Of a stretch of 64,000 nucleotides of DNA, positions 57,429 to 64,000 are shown piece by piece. The stretch lies in IMG/VR virus record IMGVR_UViG_3300021167_000128, positions 1 to 64,000 of that record. One strand, given 5' to 3'. The DNA is from a virus. Its lineage: Duplodnaviria; Caudoviricetes. A model generated the notes under the pieces. The model did not search any database. It was not told the DNA's origin and saw only the letters and a list, made by a program, of their open reading frames with translations. The position numbers and the translations under genes are program-made. Numbering within the stretch: position 1 is the stretch's first letter; every line of letters starts with the position of its first letter.

Positions 57429-58306
57429 TGATTACAGAAAGAGAAAAGAAAGAAATAATTGATAGCTTAGGTATTACAGAAGAAGATTTAGAGAACTTAG
57501 AACAACAATGTATCTTTGATCCTTCGGTAGACAGAGCAAGCCTAATAAAAGAAATGCAAGACATTAACTACGCTAAACGTGAGTTACTACAAAGAGAAAT
57601 CAGAGTAAGACAACAGCTAGCTAATCCCGAAGAAACAAAGAAAGTGATTGAGATTGTTTCTAGGAAACATAAAACTATTCTTGATAACGAAGTTACTGAG
57701 CATAACTTTAGTATTGTGCACAAGTCTTGCACTACACCGGAAGAAGAGCTACTTTATGATAAGAGAAAGAATCAAGTTATTTATAACCTTTCGTCTGTAA
57801 TTAAAGATCATAAGGATCATGTTATGCACAAAGAAATGAAGAAAAGAGGTCTACTAGATATGCGGAAACAAAGACATAAGAAGAAGCCTTCAGATTATAT
57901 CGATAGTATTGCTTTAGCTAAATTTGCAATGGACACACAGCGTAAGCTCGAAGAGCTGGAACTTAAAGTTAAGCACAATGAAGAAAGAACTAATGCTAGA
58001 CTTGATAGAGTAGATAATGTGATTAGTGAGCTAAAAGAAAAACAAGCACAGGAGATTTGTAGCGTTAATGTAAATATTGTGCTAAATGAAGAAGTAGCTT
58101 CAAAGATTGCTTTCTTAGCTAGCTATGGACTTTCGTTAGAAAAGATCGATCTTTATAGAATGAAAACAAACTACCCTACACTAACACAGAAACAATTAGC
58201 TTCTAGTTTAGGTAAAACTGATAGGACTGTTCGTAACTGGCTTAAAGTGATAGATGACGCTTTACTTGACTACGAAGCACTGAACGTCAAGTCTACATCA
58301 AGTTAA
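57428..58306 (+). CDS. Coiled-coil protein with C-terminal HTH
   Basis: TLTQKQLASSLGKTDRTVRNWL. Confidence 0.65.
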   Translation: MITEREKKEIIDSLGITEEDLENLEQQCIFDPSVDRASLIKEMQDINYAKRELLQREIRVRQQLANPEETKKVIEIVSRKHKTILDNEVTEHNFSIVHKSCTTPEEELLYDKRKNQVIYNLSSVIKDHKDHVMHKEMKKRGLLDMRKQRHKKKPSDYIDSIALAKFAMDTQRKLEELELKVKHNEERTNARLDRVDNVISELKEKQAQEICSVNVNIVLNEEVASKIAFLASYGLSLEKIDLYRMKTNYPTLTQKQLASSLGKTDRTVRNWLKVIDDALLDYEALNVKSTSS

Positions 58307-58485
58307 AAGAGCTGACTTAGTTTCATATTTCCTCTAAAGTCTAAGCGGAATTAGAAAGCGGAAAAAAAAAGCGGAAAAATTTCAAAAGTATCCTTATAGA
58401 TAAGTATATATATATAGGAACAACATTAACTGAGTTGCAACGGTAGGTGTGCAATTTTTGCACAGTTGGTTAAAATTTCCCCTAG

Positions 58486-58641
58486 ATAATAAAGTGTATA
58501 TGTAACGAAAACAAGTTTAGAGTCTACAAACTTAAAGAAGAGAATCCACACATATCTTCTAAAGAAATTTCCATCATTATTGGAGTTAGCAGAAGAACTA
58601 TAACTTCATGGTTAAAGGAGATTAGAGACCTTGATCTATAG
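58486..58641 (+). pseudogene. Start-less HTH remnant paralogous to the C-terminus of 57428..58306
   Basis: VYKLKEENPHISSKEISIIIGVSRRTITSWLKEIRD, 12/36 identities; no ATG/GTG in frame. Confidence 0.55.
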
Positions 58642-59065
58642 GTAAAGATTCTTTAGGTGGGAAGAGGTGGGCAATTTCGGATGTGAAATTTCGTATATAG
58701 AGAAATAAACAATGTAATAAATTTAACGTAACTGCCTACAAACTGAAGTTTATTCTTAAGCAAAGTTCGTTTGGTTCGTCAGAACCACTCTTGCACAAAC
58801 TAAAGTATAAGAGGTTCGCCTTCTAGCTCAACTAACCTCTTTCTCTTAGGTTTAAACTTCAGTTATACCTTATGTACAGTCTATCTTTCTTGTGCTAGAC
58901 TATATCTTTGTTAGAAGGTATTCCTTAGCACCTTGATTATAGGCTTCATCATAACTAACTTATCTGAAGTCTCATCCTAACAAACCTCTTGACACAACTA
59001 GACCAGTGCTATAAGCTGTAGTTCATCAGTAGCTTATCTGTAGTTAACATGAAAGGAAAATAGTA

Positions 59066-59371
59066 ATGAAAGAACTTAAATCTAAGTCTAAAACTAAACT
59101 CTACCGTTCTGATAGCGGTATCTTAGCTGTAACCTCTGTAGACAACGTAGTAACTCTCCGAGATACTGTCGGTTCTTTGGGTTATTCTACAGATGAAAAC
59201 GAAGTAGAAACTATCTTGACTGATACACAGAATGGCTATATCTGTAAGTTCCCTTCGTTTAATTCAGTTAGCCAGGATTATTATGTTTGTTTGGATTATG
59301 CTCAAGCTGAGTATCTGTATTTGGTGCTTAAGGAAGCTCTAGGTAAGAATGTTAAGAGGGTAAAGGAATAA
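59066..59371 (+). CDS. Hypothetical protein
   Basis: Promoter TTGACA-17-TAAGCT at 58989-59017 and RBS. Confidence 0.6.
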   Translation: MKELKSKSKTKLYRSDSGILAVTSVDNVVTLRDTVGSLGYSTDENEVETILTDTQNGYICKFPSFNSVSQDYYVCLDYAQAEYLYLVLKEALGKNVKRVKE

Positions 59372-59372
59372 T

Positions 59373-60941
59373 ATGGATTATAAACTGTATAACAATGATT
59401 GCTTAGATAAACTAAAAGAACTAGAAGATAACTCTGTAGATTCTATCATTACAGATCCTCCTTATGGTCTTAACTTCATGAATAAGAAATGGGACTATAG
59501 TATTCCTAGTGTCGAGATTTGGAAGGAATGCTTACGTGTTTTAAAGCCGGGAGGTTACTTGCTGTCCTTTGCAGGTACTAGGACTCAGCATAGAATGGCT
59601 TGTAATATTGAAGATGTTGGATTTGAGATTAAAGATATGATTGCTTGGGTATATGCTTGCTACTCAGAAGATACGGAGTGTCTTACTAATAATGGGTGGA
59701 AGAAATACAATGAAATTCTAGGAGATGACATGATTTTGCAATGGGACCATGAGTCTAATAATTTGTCATGGTATAAGCCAAAGGAAATCCTTGCATATGA
59801 TGCCCCTGATGAAATGGTTCATTTTGAGAATCGTCATACAGATCAACTTCTAACAAAGAATCATAGATGTTATATCAACTACAAGAAACACCAAAGGAAT
59901 AAATTCAATGAAGGCTATACAGTAGTTGAAGCTGGTGATATTAAGAAACATTGGATTAAGAACTTCCCTCTTGCCGGCAACTTAGATCAAGGTTCAACTG
60001 TGAATAACCCTTATTTACTTGGTTGGTGGATGACTGACGCTTGGGTACACGGTGGCGGAAAGGCGTGTATGTTCTCCCAAGTTAAACCTAAAACTCTTGC
60101 CAAGTTACGAGATGCTTTGTCTTTAGCTGATTGCAAGTTTTCAGAGTACATCAAAGAACGCAGGTGTTTCAACGAACTACACGGAGATGAGCATTCATTC
60201 TATGTAACAGGTAATCTAGCAGAACAGTTTCTAAGTAGTTATCCAATTCGTAAGTTCTCTTATGAAATTATGGCTTGGGATTTTAACTCTCGGCAGCTAT
60301 TCCTTGAAGGGCTACTTGACGGCGATGGTTCTCGTCCTATGGATCAGCACAGCGAAACATTCTGGTCTTTAGACCATGAACGCTTGGATGTTGTGCAGGC
60401 ACTGTGCCTATCACTGAACATTAGAAGTTACGTTGATTACAAGAAAGGTTGTGTGTATTTGAATCGTAAGACCAATACAACACAACTTCAATGTAAGCAT
60501 ACTAATAAAGTTGAGAGTTATAGCGGCAAGGTTGTTTGGTGCCTACAAACGGAAACAGGGGCATTTGTGGTTCGTAGAAATGGTAAGGCTTTTATTTCAG
60601 GGAACAGTGGTATGCCAAAACACCGTAGTTGCTTAAAGCCAGCATTAGAACCTATTACACTTGCTAGGAAACCAGCTAAGAAGGCTACATTGTTGAACAT
60701 TGAGGAGTGTAGAGTAGAACGAATACAAGGTGATCGTACAGATTATGGCTTGAAGAATGCTGTACGAAGTCAAGGGAATTGCTTCGGTGCTCCGACTTCC
60801 TCTGCTGATTTTGATAGTACTAAAGGTAGGTATCCGTCTAATGTAATCTTGTCGTATGATGAAGATGAATATCAATTAGCTGACTCTGTTACTGAAGAAC
60901 AATTAGAAGAACTGAACAGATGGTTTTATGAGAACTCCTAA
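59373..60941 (+). CDS. N4/N6 DNA methyltransferase (beta type), N-terminal half, containing an intein
   Basis: IITDPPY catalytic motif; lacks the SAM-binding motif I, which is in the next ORF. Confidence 0.85.
   Translation: MDYKLYNNDCLDKLKELEDNSVDSIITDPPYGLNFMNKKWDYSIPSVEIWKECLRVLKPGGYLLSFAGTRTQHRMACNIEDVGFEIKDMIAWVYACYSEDTECLTNNGWKKYNEILGDDMILQWDHESNNLSWYKPKEILAYDAPDEMVHFENRHTDQLLTKNHRCYINYKKHQRNKFNEGYTVVEAGDIKKHWIKNFPLAGNLDQGSTVNNPYLLGWWMTDAWVHGGGKACMFSQVKPKTLAKLRDALSLADCKFSEYIKERRCFNELHGDEHSFYVTGNLAEQFLSSYPIRKFSYEIMAWDFNSRQLFLEGLLDGDGSRPMDQHSETFWSLDHERLDVVQALCLSLNIRSYVDYKKGCVYLNRKTNTTQLQCKHTNKVESYSGKVVWCLQTETGAFVVRRNGKAFISGNSGMPKHRSCLKPALEPITLARKPAKKATLLNIEECRVERIQGDRTDYGLKNAVRSQGNCFGAPTSSADFDSTKGRYPSNVILSYDEDEYQLADSVTEEQLEELNRWFYENS
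59658..60605 (+). mobile_element. Intein (316 aa) with LAGLIDADG homing domain
   Basis: Begins CYSEDTECLT, ends AFVVRRNGKAFISGN, +1 Ser; LLGWWMTD and FLEGLLDGDG motifs. Removal gives WVYA-SGMPK. Confidence 0.9.
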
Positions 60942-61077
60942 TTGTGGTTGTATAACATGCAGGGGAGATGCACTAATTCATTCTAATATACTCTGGGACT
61001 TGAATAATGGAATAACACTTTGCATGAAATGTCACTATGAAGAACATGGGAGAAACTTTAATGAAGATAGAGAGTAA
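60928..61077 (+). pseudogene. HNH endonuclease remnant (49 aa) between the MTase halves
   Basis: LWDLNNGITLCMKCHYEEHG is an HNH C-terminal signature; alternate frame overlapping both halves. Confidence 0.7.
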
Positions 61078-61630
61078 TCGGTATGAACGACTTCCAAATC
61101 ACTTGAAATCGTTGTTTGTAAAATGTAAAAACACAGGAAAAGAAGAAGTAGTAAGTCTATTTCCTGATAGTTTAGGTGCAGGAGGTTCTTTACCTAGAGT
61201 TAAAATTACAGGTTATGGTGATGGTATTGGAACAGGCAAATCTGAATATCTAAGAGGTGATAGAATTCCTTTTGATTCAGGTACAGGTTCAGCAGCTAGA
61301 TTCTTTTATTGTGCTAAAGCTAATCGAAAAGATAGAGAAGAAGGCAACTTGCATCCTACAGTAAAACCTACAGAATTAATGAAGTATCTGATTAAGCTAG
61401 TTACTCCTAAAGACGGTATTGTTCTTGATCCATTTATGGGTAGTGGTAGTACAGGTAAAGCTGCTAAGATTCTAGGTTATTCTTTTATTGGTATTGAGCG
61501 AGAAGAGGAATATTTTAAGATTGCAGAACAACGTATTACAAGCGCGGTTCGTCAGAGCGATCCCGAAGGGTTCGTGATCTTTCAGAGCCAAACAAACCTT
61601 ACAAGTGCTGTAGCTGAAGTACAAGAATAA
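61061..61630 (+). CDS. N4/N6 DNA methyltransferase, C-terminal half
   Basis: GGGAG RBS; SAARFFYCAKA, HPTVKP, VLDPFMGSGSTG (motif I), FIGIE. Confidence 0.85.
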   Translation: MKIESNRYERLPNHLKSLFVKCKNTGKEEVVSLFPDSLGAGGSLPRVKITGYGDGIGTGKSEYLRGDRIPFDSGTGSAARFFYCAKANRKDREEGNLHPTVKPTELMKYLIKLVTPKDGIVLDPFMGSGSTGKAAKILGYSFIGIEREEEYFKIAEQRITSAVRQSDPEGFVIFQSQTNLTSAVAEVQE

Positions 61631-61690
61631 CTTGACTTCTTGTAACTCTAGTGATAACCTAAACCAACTATTTAACACAAAGGAGCAAGT

Positions 61691-61945
61691 ATGGAAGAAC
61701 TAAAGATTGAAGCCTATGACCTGTATGATTATACTAATCAAGTAATCGAAGCTGCAAAACAAGGGTATGTAACTTCTACTGATAATAACAAATATCCTTT
61801 TAATTACTCAGGTTATTTCTTTGCTATTCTAGTCAAGGAGGATGGTAGCGATGAAAAGGTAGCTACAGTTGTATCACCTAAGAATCCTACTGGAAGTGCT
61901 TCTAAAGGTCGTCCTAAGAAGGTAGCGGAAGATCTAGCAGCTTAA
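61691..61945 (+). CDS. Hypothetical protein
   Basis: Promoter TTGACT-17-TAACCT at 61632-61660; AAGGAG RBS. Confidence 0.6.
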   Translation: MEELKIEAYDLYDYTNQVIEAAKQGYVTSTDNNKYPFNYSGYFFAILVKEDGSDEKVATVVSPKNPTGSASKGRPKKVAEDLAA

Positions 61946-62028
61946 ACTAAGGTTGTAGCATAACAAGGTTGTGTTTGACTAAAACGGTTAAACACAACCT
62001 TTTATTTAACCAAACTAGGAGAAAGACT

Positions 62029-63015
62029 TTGGGGATTAACGTATTATCTTTATTTGATGGTATTTCTTGTGGAAGAATTGCACTAGAACGTATAGGTATT
62101 CAAGTAAATAATTACTTTGCTAGTGAAATTGATAAACATGCTATTAAGGTATCTCAGAATAATTGGAAAGATGTTACTGCAATTGGTAATGTAACTAAAA
62201 TTTCGTTTTCTAATGGAGTTCTTTATACTGAAGTTGGTCAATTTCAAGTTGGAAGGATTGATCTTGTAATTGCGGGTAGTCCATGCCAGGGCTTTTCAAT
62301 GGCAGGGAAACAGCTAGCTTTTGATGATGAAAGGAGCAAATTATACTTTGTATTTGAAAGAATTCTTAAAGAAATTCAAGCAGAGAATCCTGGCGTAAAA
62401 TTCTTACTTGAAAATGTAAAGATGAAACAAGAGTATAAGGATATTATTTCTGAACATTTGGGTGTGACACCTGTCGCTATTAATTCAAACCTTGTTTCAG
62501 CACAGAATAGGTATCGTTTATATTGGGCTAACTTCCCTATTACTGTTCCAGAAGATAAAGGAATTCTGCTAAAAGATATTCTTCAAAAAGAAGTACATGA
62601 AAAATATTATATTAAGGGTGGAAGACTTCAGTGGTTAAAGAACTTTGGTGAAGTAAAGGAAAAAGATGGCTATATCGCATTTAATCCAATTAAAGCAAAG
62701 TGCCTAACAGTCCGAGCTGAACCAAGCTGGAATTGTACATACATTCTACAATGGCCGCATGGTAGTAATATTGGAGGTTATCGTGCTAAAGATGGGAAGA
62801 CTCCTGCACTAACTACATCCTCTTGGGAAAGTAATAATTTACTCCTAAATGAAGGATTAGTTCGTAAACTTACACCAGAGGAATGCGAGGAACTACAAAC
62901 AGTTCCAATAGGTTATACATCTAGTGTTTCTGATAGTCAAAGATATAAGATGCTTGGAAATGGATGGACAGTCAATATTATTTGTGCTATATTTGAAGGG
63001 TTGAAGTTTAACTAA
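62029..63015 (+). CDS. C5-cytosine DNA methyltransferase
   Basis: VLSLFDG, GSPCQGFS, LLENV, SAQNRYRLYW, C-terminal LGNGW; likely TTG start after AGGAG. Confidence 0.9.
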   Translation: MGINVLSLFDGISCGRIALERIGIQVNNYFASEIDKHAIKVSQNNWKDVTAIGNVTKISFSNGVLYTEVGQFQVGRIDLVIAGSPCQGFSMAGKQLAFDDERSKLYFVFERILKEIQAENPGVKFLLENVKMKQEYKDIISEHLGVTPVAINSNLVSAQNRYRLYWANFPITVPEDKGILLKDILQKEVHEKYYIKGGRLQWLKNFGEVKEKDGYIAFNPIKAKCLTVRAEPSWNCTYILQWPHGSNIGGYRAKDGKTPALTTSSWESNNLLLNEGLVRKLTPEECEELQTVPIGYTSSVSDSQRYKMLGNGWTVNIICAIFEGLKFN

Positions 63016-63026
63016 CAAGGAGGTGA

Positions 63027-63785
63027 TTGATGGTACAAAAGAAACGTCTTACACGTAAGGAAAAGGTTAGTGTTGAAGTACCGCGAGTAATTAAAGAAAA
63101 GTTTATTGAAGAACGTAATCCTCCTTCGATTACAGCAAAGACAGATAAACAACGTGCTTACCTGAAGATGCTCAATGATCCAAATATCCAAGCAATTTGT
63201 TGTTTAGGACATGCTGGAGCAGGAAAAACATTTCTTTGCTCTGTGGTAGCTGCCGATAAATATCGTAGAGGAGAGATTGAAAAGATCATTGTCGCACGAC
63301 CTTATGTTCAGACTGGTAAATCTAGCGGAAGTAAGCCGGGTTCAATTTTACAGAAATTATATCCTTATGTAAGAAATGTTTTAGACACTATTAAATCCCG
63401 TATTGGTGCTGGAGCATTTGAGATTGCTCTACAAGATGGAGAACATGGTCAGATTGAGGTTCAAGAACTAGAAAGTATCAGAGGTCGTAGTTTTGATACA
63501 CCTAGCTGGCTTATTTTGGATGAAATTCAGCAATCTACACCAGAAGAGATGCTTGCTATTCTTACCCGCGTATCTGATAATTGCAAACTTGTATTGTGCG
63601 GAGACATTAACCAGCGAGATATTAAAGGAGAATCTGGATTGGAATGGTTCTTAAATTTTGCTGAAAGGCATAATCTACCGGAAGTAGGAATTATTAATTT
63701 TGATTCAGTTGATGATATTATTCGTGGTGGATTATGTAGAGATGTAATTAAAGGAATGATCAAGGATGGTAAGCTAAAGAAATAG
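63027..63785 (+). CDS. phoH: PhoH-family ATPase
   Basis: GHAGAGKT, IRGRSF, LDEIQ, CGDINQRD. Confidence 0.9.
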   Translation: MMVQKKRLTRKEKVSVEVPRVIKEKFIEERNPPSITAKTDKQRAYLKMLNDPNIQAICCLGHAGAGKTFLCSVVAADKYRRGEIEKIIVARPYVQTGKSSGSKPGSILQKLYPYVRNVLDTIKSRIGAGAFEIALQDGEHGQIEVQELESIRGRSFDTPSWLILDEIQQSTPEEMLAILTRVSDNCKLVLCGDINQRDIKGESGLEWFLNFAERHNLPEVGIINFDSVDDIIRGGLCRDVIKGMIKDGKLKK

Positions 63786-63829
63786 TTAGTGTAGTATTAA
63801 CTTTAAGTAATACACGGCAAATAACAAAC

Positions 63830-63858
63830 AAGGAGGCTAGCCACCTCCTTTTACTTTT
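63830..63858 (+). terminator. Intrinsic terminator
   Basis: AAGGAGG/CCTCCTT stem followed by TTACTTTT. Confidence 0.6.
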
Positions 63859-63870
63859 GAAAGGAACACT

Positions 63871-64000
63871 ATGAATAAAAAAACTACTATTAACTTTGAC
63901 GATGAAGAGGATGATAAATCTGTAGGTACTCTAGGTTATTTTACTAAAGAAAATATCTCTTATGAAATCACAGTACCTATTGACGAAGAGATTAAAGGAC
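63871..64000 (+). CDS. Partial ORF at window end
   Basis: AAGGA RBS; open to the edge. Confidence 0.5.
   Translation, partial: MNKKTTINFDDEEDDKSVGTLGYFTKENISYEITVPIDEEIKG

Noticed and set aside
1-64000. Stop-codon reassignment (suggested by the many tRNAs)
   Set aside because: Genes are full length under the standard code and no suppressor anticodon is present.

Overview
This is a 64 kb slice of an AT-rich tailed dsDNA phage. It is siphovirus-like: tail tube plus a 2128-aa tape measure and no sheath gene in the window. The modules are: replication (family-B-like DNA polymerase, T7-type primase-helicase, SSB, exonuclease, endonuclease VII, DNA ligase, UvrD-like helicase); nucleotide/RNA metabolism (class II NrdJ, MazG-like, RNA ligase, deaminase, nucleotidyltransferase, PhoH); lysis; a complete head/tail operon; seven tRNAs, all with U34 anticodons; and three DNA methyltransferases. 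Selfish elements are abundant: an IS200/IS605 element with TnpB, a group I intron in terL, an intein, and five free-standing homing-type endonucleases plus a relic. Several GC-rich imports suggest a GC-rich host. Four signals stand out. (1) A ~740-nt GC-rich array of structured non-coding RNA modules behind tRNA-Leu, joined by CCAACA/TGTTGG junctions and including two covarying kissing-loop modules. (2) A tRNA with an Ile UAU anticodon but a class II long variable arm. (3) A recurring gene-splitting architecture, in which a cargo gene sits between a host gene and a still-translatable diverged copy of that gene's 3' end, or between two halves of a methyltransferase. (4) Chimeric genes: a deacetylase module swap and a membrane domain-lysozyme fusion. 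All calls come from reading motifs by eye; no database searches or folding programs were run.
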